This document shows, in pieces, positions 19,894-29,105 of a stretch of 64,000 nucleotides of DNA; the first letter of the stretch is position 1; every line of letters begins with the position of its first letter. The notes beneath the pieces were generated by a model. That model worked only from the letters and a program-made list of their open reading frames with translations. It was not told where the DNA came from and ran no database searches. Where the stretch lies: assembly GCA_963828195.1 (NCBI GenBank), contig CAWHDT010000002.1:1-64000 (forward strand), read 5' to 3'. The translations under genes and the position numbers were made by a program. This stretch comes from Candidatus Bathyarchaeota archaeon. GTDB taxonomy: Archaea; Thermoproteota; Bathyarchaeia; Bathyarchaeales; Bathycorpusculaceae.

Positions 19894-19922
19894 ATTTCGG
19901 CAATTTTTTGAGTTGCCCGAAG

Positions 19923-20729
19923 TCACTCCTCTTTTTGGTTGAAGAATGTTTCCAGCTTTGAGTTTTCTGTCTTCTTGAGAACTTCAGCGCAAGTTTTCGG
20001 GTCAAGCGCTTTGTATTCCAACCCAAGGGTGACCAACAGTCTCTGAACGTCTTTGGCTAGGCTGGGGGCAACGAGCACCGCGCGAATCGGGCGATTAACC
20101 TTGGCTTTGATGGGCTCAATGTATTTTGCCAATTGCAGCGCGGCTTCCTTCGACGCGGTTTTGCGTTTGACCTCTACGATTACGAGTTTGCCGTTTTTGT
20201 CTTCGCCGTAGATGTCCACGAACCCCGGCTCAACTTTTTTCTCCCAGCTGATCGGCTTGAAACCCTCTTCAAGAAGTTCAGGCTTAAGCAGGATTGCCCG
20301 ATGCATGTCATCTTCGCTTGCGTGTAAAAGAAAATCGCCTGAATCATCCAAGTTTAAGGCTGAAACCATAAGCACACTGTCAAAGGTTACTTTGACGTTT
20401 TCGCGTGGCTTCTGCCGCACCCCATGAACCTCCAGCGCGTCGTCTTTTACTTGGACATGAAAAACGCTGCCTGCAGGTTGCCAGTTGACTGGTTCGTAGC
20501 CGACTGGGCGGTGAACAAGAAGCGACCCATCCGACTTTATTATCAATATGCGTTCGCCAAGCTCAAGAGTTGAGCTAGCCCTACCGACGTAGACCACGTG
20601 GCATGCTCCTGCAACGATGAGGGTTCTTCTTTGGACGAAAGCTTTCTCAATGAGCGTGGCAGCTTCCGCAAGCGTTGGTTCGGTAAGGACAGAGGTTTTG
20701 TTAGGTTGATGCAATTTGTTTTCAGCCAA
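19923..20729 (-). CDS. nucS: Endonuclease NucS/EndoMS
   Basis: Y.GRA.S.L..GER..IIK.DGS.LVH..G..PVNWQP; VDI.G.D..G..VIVE.KR, QL.KY. Confidence 0.95.
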   Translation of the reverse strand: MAENKLHQPNKTSVLTEPTLAEAATLIEKAFVQRRTLIVAGACHVVYVGRASSTLELGERILIIKSDGSLLVHRPVGYEPVNWQPAGSVFHVQVKDDALEVHGVRQKPRENVKVTFDSVLMVSALNLDDSGDFLLHASEDDMHRAILLKPELLEEGFKPISWEKKVEPGFVDIYGEDKNGKLVIVEVKRKTASKEAALQLAKYIEPIKAKVNRPIRAVLVAPSLAKDVQRLLVTLGLEYKALDPKTCAEVLKKTENSKLETFFNQKEE

Positions 20730-20779
20730 CTATTTTAGTCGGACTGGGGGTAGATAAGATTTCTCGAAGGAAAGCACAG

Positions 20780-21331
20780 GTGGCAGGTTGGAAAGACAAA
20801 CGCAGGGTAATGCAGCGTTATGATTTAACGGCTGAAATGTACGATGCGCGGTATTCTGGGGAGCAGGAGGCAAAATACAGGGTAGCGTTGCAAAACGTAG
20901 GTTTAGTGGGCGGCGCCGTTTTGGATGTGGGATGCGGCTCAGGCTTGTTTTTCAGCCATGTGGCGGCAAAAGCGAAGGCACTGGTGGGCGTTGATGTTTC
21001 ACGCAGACTCTTGCTTAAAGCTAAGGAACAAGCACGTTCTTTCCAGAATGTTTTTGTTTTGCAAGCTGACGCTGACCACTTACCTCTCAGAGAAAAGTTT
21101 TTTGACTTTGAGTTCGCGTTCACGGTGCTTCAGAACATTCCGCAGCCCGCTGAAACACTGAACGAGTTAAAACGGGTTGCCAAACAGGGCGGCAAAGTCG
21201 TGGTAACTGGGTTGAAAAAAGCTTTTCCGCTCAATGCATTCATGGATGTTCTTGAAAACTCTGGTTTGAAGCTAGTTTCGTTTGTTGATGATGAAGATTT
21301 GAAGTGTTATGTCGCTGTGTTAGCCGCTTAG
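20780..21331 (+). CDS. Class I SAM-dependent methyltransferase
   Basis: VLDVGCGSG, GVDVS, ADADHLP. Confidence 0.9.
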   Translation: MAGWKDKRRVMQRYDLTAEMYDARYSGEQEAKYRVALQNVGLVGGAVLDVGCGSGLFFSHVAAKAKALVGVDVSRRLLLKAKEQARSFQNVFVLQADADHLPLREKFFDFEFAFTVLQNIPQPAETLNELKRVAKQGGKVVVTGLKKAFPLNAFMDVLENSGLKLVSFVDDEDLKCYVAVLAA

Positions 21332-21776
21332 CCTGTTTTTTGAGCGCTGTGGTTAACTTTAATGGAATTTTTGAGGTGAAGATGCAGAACCCTTTGACCC
21401 GAATTAGGGAGAAGGAGGGGAAATGCAAAACCCCGTGAACAGTATTGGGTTAAGTGGTTCTGGGCGACCGACTCTTCAACCGCCACTATAGAAGTAAGAG
21501 CTCTATTGGCATATTCTTGTGTATGTCCTCTTAGAATACATACAGTAGGTTGCCGGCTGAAAAGCCACAGAACCCTCTTCTTGCCCAAAAAAGATGACCA
21601 AAGCATACAAGCCCTAACAAATAACGATGGTTTTGTTTGCGTTATTAAAACAGTAAATAACCTAATGATTCAATCATGAATGTTCACAGGAACAATCGAC
21701 TTAAACATGTCAAATTGTTTTAATAAGACGATTTTCCTTAGATGTGAACGCTCCAAGTTGAGGCTAAGAGAGTTTA

Positions 21777-23702
21777 ATGTTAATCCAAGAAGTTATCCTT
21801 GAAAATTTCATGAGTTACGAGTATGCCAGGGTACCGTTTAAACAAGGAGTAAACGTGATCGGAGGACCCAACGGCGCAGGCAAATCCTCACTGCTCCTAG
21901 CTGTCTCGGTCGGCTTGGGGCAATCGTACACGGAGCGCTCGCGAAAACTAAGTGATTTAATCAGGTGGGGACAGAACCAAGCGCGAGTAACACTTATTTT
22001 AGATAACAGCAAACAGGGAAATAAGCGTCCAGTACCAAAATACCAAAAAGACCAACTTTTCTTAACCCGCGTTTTGCACCGTGACGGCAAATACGGGTTT
22101 GAGCTTGAAAACCGAGCCGTCGGCAAACAAGATGTTGAACGGTTACTGGGCAGATTCGGCGTTGACCCCGACAACATGCTTATCATCATGCATCAGAACA
22201 TGGTTGAACAATTCACCGTGCTAAGCAACACAGAAAAACTACGCATGGTTGAAGAGGCAGTGGGCTTAGAACCGTTCCGCGGAAACGTCCTGCAAGCAAA
22301 AACAAAACTTACACGAATCCTCACACAGGAAGAATCAGTGAGCAAACTTTTAGAGCAAGCGCAGCAAACGCTCAATTACTGGCGGGAACAGTACGATAAA
22401 TATCAAGAGAAAAAGCAACTTCAGATCAAACGCAGATTTTTGGATCGGGAATTAACCTGGGCAGAAGTAGAAAAACGAGAAAGCATAGTTAAAAATTTAC
22501 AAGCGAACTTCAACAAAAACAAGGATGCTTTAAGCAAAATTGAAGAGCAGAAACTAGCCAATACTGACCAACTGAGAAGCCAACAGAACCAGCAGGAAGC
22601 CACGAAAAAAGAAGCAAAAACGGCTTTTGACGAAAGATTAAGCCTTGAAAAACAAATTGCCCAAAACCAATCCGCACAATCACTGATTGAGCAGCTGCTT
22701 GAGGAAACAAAAACGCTGCAGCAAGCAATCCAGAGCAGCAAAAGCCCAATTAAGCTTCTTAGAAACGAAAACCTAAAAGAAATGCTCAAAAATTCGCAGC
22801 AGCAAATCTCAGAGGCATGCAAGCAAGTTGAAGAAACCCAAGCGAAAATGCTAAGTCTGGAAGAGGTATCTGACAAGGTTACAGCCGAAATGTTAGAGAA
22901 ACGGGTAAACCTTGCCCTGCTTGAGTTTAAGCGTGCAAACGCGATCGTCAACTTAAAAGAGATTGAAAAGTCACTTAAGGAAGCTGAAGAAAACCTGAAG
23001 GCAACAATTCTGAAAGCTGAGCAGTCAGGTGAACGCATAGCTGTTCTGAAAAGTGCTTCTGAAATCCAAGATGAAATCAGCTTAACCGATGGGCATCTGG
23101 CAGCACTTGCCGCTGTATCTGAGGATATAGAGCGCCAGTATGAATCTTACTCGAAACTTTATTTGGAGCTTAAAGAAAAAGCGCAGCTTGTAGCCGAAAA
23201 CCGAGAGAAAACTCTTGAAGAAGTTAAAACCCGAATGCAGTCTTGGCGAACAGTTATGGAGAACCTGCTTAATCGCGTGAACGTGCAGTACCAGCAAATC
23301 ATGAGCCAGACTTCGGCAACTGGTGAAGTGCAACTATCCAACGCTCAAGATATTGAAACCGCCGGGTTAGAAATAATGGTTGGATTCAAAGGCGGAAAAC
23401 CCGTGGCTCTTAACGCTTACACGCAGAGCGGCGGCGAACGAACCACTGCAACCATGAGTTTTCTCTTAGCCCTGCAGCAGCATGTACGCTCCCCCTTTCG
23501 CGCAGTAGATGAATACGACATTCACATGGACCCAAAAAACCGCGAGATGATCGCGAAAATCCTTCTATCAACAATCAAAGATGCCAACGCCCAGTACGTC
23601 GTGATTACTCCAAGCCAAATTACCTTCGCGCAAAAAGACGCTAACGTAATCACGGTTCAAAATATTGAGGGAAAATCTGTCGTGCGTGAGGTCGTTGCTT
23701 GA
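21777..23702 (+). CDS. SMC-like ATPase (short coiled coil; ClsN/coalescin or SMC5/6-related type)
   Basis: ENFMSY, Walker A GPNGAGKSS, Q-loop MHQN, long coiled coil, signature QSGGE, Walker B/D-loop DEYDIHMD, VITP. Confidence 0.88.
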   Translation: MLIQEVILENFMSYEYARVPFKQGVNVIGGPNGAGKSSLLLAVSVGLGQSYTERSRKLSDLIRWGQNQARVTLILDNSKQGNKRPVPKYQKDQLFLTRVLHRDGKYGFELENRAVGKQDVERLLGRFGVDPDNMLIIMHQNMVEQFTVLSNTEKLRMVEEAVGLEPFRGNVLQAKTKLTRILTQEESVSKLLEQAQQTLNYWREQYDKYQEKKQLQIKRRFLDRELTWAEVEKRESIVKNLQANFNKNKDALSKIEEQKLANTDQLRSQQNQQEATKKEAKTAFDERLSLEKQIAQNQSAQSLIEQLLEETKTLQQAIQSSKSPIKLLRNENLKEMLKNSQQQISEACKQVEETQAKMLSLEEVSDKVTAEMLEKRVNLALLEFKRANAIVNLKEIEKSLKEAEENLKATILKAEQSGERIAVLKSASEIQDEISLTDGHLAALAAVSEDIERQYESYSKLYLELKEKAQLVAENREKTLEEVKTRMQSWRTVMENLLNRVNVQYQQIMSQTSATGEVQLSNAQDIETAGLEIMVGFKGGKPVALNAYTQSGGERTTATMSFLLALQQHVRSPFRAVDEYDIHMDPKNREMIAKILLSTIKDANAQYVVITPSQITFAQKDANVITVQNIEGKSVVREVVA

Positions 23703-24529
23703 TGCAGTCAATAAAACAGCACAAGGAGCTGGGCAAAGAAAAGCTTGAGCGCATAATTGAAATGTGCATAGCCATCGAAAACCATTCAGTAGACCCCTTC
23801 ACGCTAAATATTGATGAAATAATCAAAATAGTGAGAGAATATTTCCCCCATTGGGAACATCCTGACGAGTTAAAACTAGACGCAGAAGCACTTCACCACT
23901 TAGCCTCCGTTATTAAACTGCAGAGCGAATGGGTCAAGCAACGGTCTTCATCGCTCTATACCGACCCGTTTTTGCTGGAAGAGAAAATCTTGCAAACGGG
24001 CAAGGAAGAGATGGCGAATATTTTTCTTAAAGCCTGGAACCCGCTAATCGAGTTTGAACAAATCAGCCTAAACACTTTAGCGCAGGGATTGCTTTACTGG
24101 GAAGCCTTGGCTCCACTTAGCGAAAGATGGAAAGACATTGCTGCCTCTGAAGTTTCTATGGGTTCCGTAAGCAGAGACGAACTGATTAAACAGCGGGTTT
24201 TAAGTGACAAGGAATTTTCTGAAGAATTGAATTGCATCTGGCAGGAACTCAAAGACTGCGTAGCTAAGAAAGGACAGGACGGGAAAATCCATTATTGGGA
24301 TTTTATCGGGGCTGACACTTACGAGGAAACAGTTCAAAAAGCTTTCTTAACAAGTTTTCTGGTTACTTACGGTTACGCGACACTAGAAATTGACAGGTTA
24401 GAAGAGCAGGTTTTCATAAAACCCTTCGACAAACCCAGAACCGAAATTTTAACGCAGCAGTCAACATCAGTTCCCATCGCTGTCTCATGTGAAGATTGGC
24501 AGAAATGGAAAAGAGGCGAATTGGATTGA
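23699..24529 (+). CDS. Candidate kleisin (ScpA-like) partner of the SMC-like ATPase
   Basis: 4-nt overlap with the SMC gene; N-terminal VDPF.LNI..I...DAE.L..LA..IKL.S resembles the ScpA N-domain; C-terminal wHTH-like segment. Confidence 0.55.
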   Translation: MMQSIKQHKELGKEKLERIIEMCIAIENHSVDPFTLNIDEIIKIVREYFPHWEHPDELKLDAEALHHLASVIKLQSEWVKQRSSSLYTDPFLLEEKILQTGKEEMANIFLKAWNPLIEFEQISLNTLAQGLLYWEALAPLSERWKDIAASEVSMGSVSRDELIKQRVLSDKEFSEELNCIWQELKDCVAKKGQDGKIHYWDFIGADTYEETVQKAFLTSFLVTYGYATLEIDRLEEQVFIKPFDKPRTEILTQQSTSVPIAVSCEDWQKWKRGELD

Positions 24530-25140
24530 GCAAGACAAAAGGGATTTACGGCAGCAAAATCAAGAAGGCAACTCAGATACTTTTCTATAAGCGTCACCAG
24601 AAACCAGGCGTTAAAGGCTGGGAACTGCGCAAAGCCTTAGGTTCAGATTACCCCAAAGTGCTCGACTTACTGGACGATTACCTCAAACCTCTGGATTTAC
24701 AGGTAAAAACAATTTTTGAAGAAGAAAAAACACCTGAAAAGCCAACATTGGACGAGTTGGACAAAGCAAGATTCTACGTTGCCCTAAGAGGCGACTTAGC
24801 GACGAAGGACAAGCTGATGGGGTGGCGCATCGACGACCTAGCAGGCTTAGCCATAACAATCTCCTACATCATCAGCAAGAAAGGGCAAGCAGCGCGAAAA
24901 GATGTTGAAAAACTGCTTGGCGAGAAAATGCCCAACTGGAAAATCGGCTTAAACATCGAACGCTACATTCGCTACGGCTACCTTGGGCAAGATGATAATG
25001 GCCAACTATTTTTGGATTGGAGGACACGGGCAGAAGTGGACCAAAAAGCGCTAATCAACATGTTGCTCTCAAGTGAAGCACAAAAAGCAGAAACCGCAGA
25101 GCCTAAAGAAGAAGAAATACAAGACGAAGAAAACGAATAA
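24526..25140 (+). CDS. Candidate KITE (tandem winged-helix, ScpB/Nse-like) subunit
   Basis: TTG start overlaps the upstream TGA; two wHTH-like halves, second ending RYGYL.......LFLDWRTRAE. Confidence 0.5.
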   Translation: MSKTKGIYGSKIKKATQILFYKRHQKPGVKGWELRKALGSDYPKVLDLLDDYLKPLDLQVKTIFEEEKTPEKPTLDELDKARFYVALRGDLATKDKLMGWRIDDLAGLAITISYIISKKGQAARKDVEKLLGEKMPNWKIGLNIERYIRYGYLGQDDNGQLFLDWRTRAEVDQKALINMLLSSEAQKAETAEPKEEEIQDEENE

Positions 25141-25475
25141 AAAAGGAAAAACCCCAATAAATCATGCATTAAATTTTAGTACCCACACAACGGTGGATTC
25201 GCCTTGTTGATTTAGGATTTTTTTAGAGGTCAAACTAAAGAGAAACAGTTCAGTACTGCACTTGACAAATACTGGAAATTCCTTTTTATCTCGTAACAAG
25301 CAAGCCTCAGCTGCCTCGCGGCAACTTAGACCGTTGGTGTATTAAACGTGTTGGCCACGGATCAGCTGGCAGAAATGATAGTAGGATAACCGTGGAATTA
25401 GGAGTTCCAATTGTAAGCGACGTCTCAGCGTATCCTTGCAATATATTCCAAAGCATAAAACGAGCGAGGCATAAG

Positions 25476-25775
25476 ATGTCTAAGGGCAGGAGCCGCAATC
25501 GGCATAAACTTCGGATAATTTATGATATTCTTGATTGCTGCAGTGCTAAGCCCTTAATTATCTCTCATATTGCACGCAAAGCTAACGTTAGTAGCTTGCC
25601 TTTTTATGAAATAATTGAGGGATTAATTAAATCGGGTTTATTGACTAAGCAAGAAATCGGCAAATCTGCATTCTATAAGACTTCGCCTTCTGGTTACGAC
25701 TTCATTAAGAAATATCATGATTTACTTTTTATGGTTAAACCGATATTGGACGCTTCTGAAACGTTCATTGTGTAA
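25476..25775 (+). CDS. Winged-helix transcriptional regulator (HTH_45-like)
   Basis: R..L.IIYDIL......L.ISHIARKANVS...L...GLL......Y.T...G. Confidence 0.8.
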   Translation: MSKGRSRNRHKLRIIYDILDCCSAKPLIISHIARKANVSSLPFYEIIEGLIKSGLLTKQEIGKSAFYKTSPSGYDFIKKYHDLLFMVKPILDASETFIV

Positions 25776-25971
25776 TCGAGTTTCCAACTTTAGAACTCTT
25801 GCCTTTGCTTCTGTCATTGTTCTTTGTTGCTGTTGTATTTAGGCATCGAAAAACCAGAAATAATCAATCAGATTAGGGAAAGAAACTTTGACTTACTGTT
25901 CTTTTAGCGGAACAACCTGTTCTTAGGGGAGAGCTATAAGTTTAAAGTACCTACCTAAGCAGGGACAACGT

Positions 25972-27114
25972 ATGAAAAGACAAATGGTCATAGTTATCAC
26001 AATTACAATTTGCTTGGTGCTGTATTCATCCATGATCTCTGCTTGTTGGGCTGATGATTCTTGGACATTGAAAGCTCCGATGCTTGAAGGTAGAAGTGGG
26101 CTAGGGGCGGTAGCTCTCAACGAAAGTATCTATGCAATTGGAGGGGCTACATCAAACGGTTTTTGCAGTTTCAACGAAGAGTATAATACAACAACAGGAA
26201 CTTGGGCATCTAAGGCATCCATGCCCACCGCTAGAAGCGCTTTTGCCATAGCAAGTTTCCAAGACAAAATCTATTGTATAGGTGGCTATGCATTGATTAA
26301 TAATCAGGGATTGCCAGTTAACGTAAATGAAGTCTATGACCCAACGACTGATTCTTGGTCTACCAAAGCACCAATGCCTACGCCCGAACTAAATGTCCGT
26401 GCAAATGTTATTGATGGTAAAATCTATGTGATTGGTGGCAATAATAATGGAACGTTAAACCAAGTATACGACCCATTGACTGATTCATGGACAATTGAAG
26501 CACCCATACCAACTGCTGTAAGTTCCTATGCTTCTGCAGTAGCATATGGGAAAATCTACATATTCACAAGCAACCTGACGCAAATCTATAATCCAACAAA
26601 CGATAGTTGGAGCAACGGAACACCTGCTCCTTTACCCATAATCTTGGCAAACGCTGGAGTTACTTCAGGGGTATATGCACCAGAAAGGATTTACATATTT
26701 GGCGTTAATGCTCAACTACCTTATTGGCAACTAACCACAAAAGGGTTTATAACTCAGAGTTATGACCCAAAAAATGATAGTTGGCAAACATGCAGTCCCA
26801 TGCAGAATGGGCGTTATGACGTTGGCGTCGCAAGTGTCAATGATTTACTTTTCTTAATCGGTGGCTATACCACTCAATCAGGGTCAGGGCTTAACCCAAA
26901 CCCCATTTACACCTACAGCACAGTAAATGAACAGTATACGCCATTAGATTACAGCACTACACCACTACCAACTGACCCATCAAGCGTTCCAGAGCTGACT
27001 TATTGCGCACCTCTAATCGTTTTCTTCTTCGGAACCATAACTGTAATAGTCTTAATTGCTAAAAAAAGCGGTCAACCTTTTACTCCACTAAAGACAGCGC
27101 CCACCCGTTTTTAG
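25972..27114 (+). CDS. Secreted Kelch-repeat beta-propeller protein with C-terminal membrane anchor
   Basis: Signal peptide; repeats of IY.IGG...YDP.TDSW...APMP; tail VPEL + TM + KK. Confidence 0.9.
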   Translation: MKRQMVIVITITICLVLYSSMISACWADDSWTLKAPMLEGRSGLGAVALNESIYAIGGATSNGFCSFNEEYNTTTGTWASKASMPTARSAFAIASFQDKIYCIGGYALINNQGLPVNVNEVYDPTTDSWSTKAPMPTPELNVRANVIDGKIYVIGGNNNGTLNQVYDPLTDSWTIEAPIPTAVSSYASAVAYGKIYIFTSNLTQIYNPTNDSWSNGTPAPLPIILANAGVTSGVYAPERIYIFGVNAQLPYWQLTTKGFITQSYDPKNDSWQTCSPMQNGRYDVGVASVNDLLFLIGGYTTQSGSGLNPNPIYTYSTVNEQYTPLDYSTTPLPTDPSSVPELTYCAPLIVFFFGTITVIVLIAKKSGQPFTPLKTAPTRF

Positions 27115-27593
27115 ATGGATCCTGACGGGTTCTGTGTAAGATTCAAGAACTGACCCTCATAACAATAAGGATTATTGGTCTGGATGACGAACATCGTTTG
27201 GTTCTGGTAAATCCATATGTAAGGCATAATAAAGTTCACTTGGAGAAGGTCACCGCTTTTAATTTGATAATTTAGCGCTTGCGCCATACTTACTGCTGAG
27301 CCGTTCAGGTAAGTATTTACTCCGCTGATTTCTTCGGTAGCCTGTTCCCCTTCAACCGTGCCTGGGTTGATAATAATTTTTTGTATATTTTCTGATTGCA
27401 TAGCATTCACGGATACTGAAATATTGTAATATCCATTGTTTACTGTGAAGCCTTGACATTGAATATCAAAAGTTTCGCCAGGCATATGGGGCACCTGATT
27501 TTGGTCTCCAGTCGCATATGATACGAGCATTAGGCTACCTATTATTGCGAGGGGAATGAGGATTATTAGCGCACTGACGATGGACTTTTTCAC
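27111..27593 (-). CDS. Secreted or membrane-anchored hypothetical protein
   Basis: MKK plus hydrophobic helix; Asn/Gln-rich beta domain with N-x-S/T sequons. Confidence 0.6.
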   Translation of the reverse strand: MKKSIVSALIILIPLAIIGSLMLVSYATGDQNQVPHMPGETFDIQCQGFTVNNGYYNISVSVNAMQSENIQKIIINPGTVEGEQATEEISGVNTYLNGSAVSMAQALNYQIKSGDLLQVNFIMPYIWIYQNQTMFVIQTNNPYCYEGQFLNLTQNPSGSI

Positions 27594-28113
27594 TTCTAAT
27601 TGCCTTCTACTTCACAACATTGCAAGGTCATCTATGCTATAACAAATTAAGCATGTAGCACGGTTTACACACAAGGTGCGTGTCAGGTGTGCAATCATAG
27701 ATTTTATAAGCAGGTACTTGCTGACTTGCTATCAACAGCTATTATCTCGCAAGTGTAGAGGCCTACGGACTAACGCCCTGTCTAGCCTTTAGCCAAGGCT
27801 AAAAGTAGATTTGGAGTGTGCCATTATACCGCATCGAAAATCTCCTAGCGGAGTCGCTAGAAACTTTATTCGGTACACTGCAAAGTTTGACCGCTTAAAG
27901 AAAGAAAGAATAAACGTGTTGACTGGTGGCGAAGTTTTAGCTGTGCTTAGCAAGGCTTTCCTGAGAACCCTTCCTATTGCAATCGTGAAGCGAATTGTTA
28001 AAACATAAAATGTGGTTAGGGAAATAATCGTTTAGGTTATTTGTAAATTCCTTTGCTGAATCATTTTAATGCGTAATTTGTCCAAGAATTAACTTTAAAT
28101 TCCGCTTCTATGT

Positions 28114-28398
28114 TCATTGACTGATTGGTTCCAACGTGACTTCTAGGGCGTACCCTTCGAGGCTTGCTTCGTTGCGCTTCAGTAATGCTACGGTAAGTTT
28201 TGGGATAGCTATGCGTCCATCTTTTTGCATGTTGGCCCAGAAGCTTTCTCGAACGCCCAGCAAGCCAACGATGGTTACGGTGACAACTAAAACTTCAGAT
28301 GGGTCCAGCTTGTATTCCCATCGTATAAGCTTAGGAACCTGCAGGCGATTCTGCTTCTGCAACATCGTTTTGAAACTTACTCTTTGAGTTAGCGGCAA
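28114..28398 (-). CDS. Tandem AbrB/MraZ-like swapped-hairpin DNA-binding protein
   Basis: Two repeats, LQKQNRLQVPKLIR and MQKDGRIAIPKLTV; TTG start after GGTG. Confidence 0.65.
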   Translation of the reverse strand: MPLTQRVSFKTMLQKQNRLQVPKLIRWEYKLDPSEVLVVTVTIVGLLGVRESFWANMQKDGRIAIPKLTVALLKRNEASLEGYALEVTLEPISQ

Positions 28399-28410
28399 CC
28401 AAACACCTTG

Positions 28411-28477
28411 CAAATACTATCAGGACTTTTAGGTTCGAACAGGAACTTTTCAATACGTTCTAGGACTTTTTAATACG
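28411..28477. promoter_or_regulatory. Three direct repeats with 20-nt period upstream of the AbrB-like gene (putative operator)
   Basis: CAGGACTTTT 28421, AGGAACTTTT 28441, TAGGACTTTT 28461, with AATAC flanks. Confidence 0.5.
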
Positions 28478-28650
28478 CAGCCTGCAAAGGATTTAACCTT
28501 TATTTCAAAAAAGCAACCCAAAACAAACAGAACAAAAAACAGTTTCTTCAGCACGGCACCAAAAAACTCTACTTAAGCTATGTGCTAATTATTCTTAAGA
28601 AGATAGATTCGGCGACGTTTCATCGCCAAAGTCAGCCCGTCATGGACCGC

Positions 28651-29088
28651 TTAGGTGATGCTTACGTTCTGGATGTCGAAATAGCGTTTTGCTAAAAAGC
28701 GCAAACGTTCAGCGTTTTTGCCGTTTTTGCCTATTGCGACGCCCTTGTCTTTTGGGTTGATAGTGATGACTGCCATTTTTTTGCCGTCGGTTCGTTCGGT
28801 AACGCGTACTTCTCTGACCGCTGCTGGTTTTAGGGCGTTTTTCATGAATGTAACTGGGTCTTCGCTGTACTCTATGATTTCGTGTTTTTTGCCTGTCATT
28901 CGCTCAAGCGTGTGAATGTTTCTGCCGCCTTTACCTATGGCAATTCCAACTTGGCCTTGGTTAACGATGAATATTGCTCGTTGCTCTACCTCGTCTACAA
29001 TGCAGTCTTTAACGCTGGCGCCGCTTATGCTTTCAAACAGTGCTATGTAACGCATTTCGTCGCAGGTAATTTTTATGCCGGTTGTCAG
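28651..29088 (-). CDS. nusA: Archaeal transcription factor NusA
   Basis: Two KH domains (AIGKGGRNI, AIGKNGKN); N-terminal IKIT.DEMRYIALFE requires a start upstream of ATG 29055, best fit CTG 29088 after GGAGG. Confidence 0.95.
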   Translation of the reverse strand: MTTGIKITCDEMRYIALFESISGASVKDCIVDEVEQRAIFIVNQGQVGIAIGKGGRNIHTLERMTGKKHEIIEYSEDPVTFMKNALKPAAVREVRVTERTDGKKMAVITINPKDKGVAIGKNGKNAERLRFLAKRYFDIQNVSIT

Positions 29089-29105
29089 TTTTTTTCCTCC
29101 ATTTT

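Noticed and set aside
21385-21590. RNase P RNA or SRP RNA call
   Set aside because: Lacks the GAGGAAAGUCC-type CR-I with bulged U and the SRP helix-8 motif; kept only as an unclassified candidate
21777-25140. Wadjet or Rad50-Mre11 system
   Set aside because: No JetD/Toprim or Mre11 gene, no zinc hook, and the gene order differs
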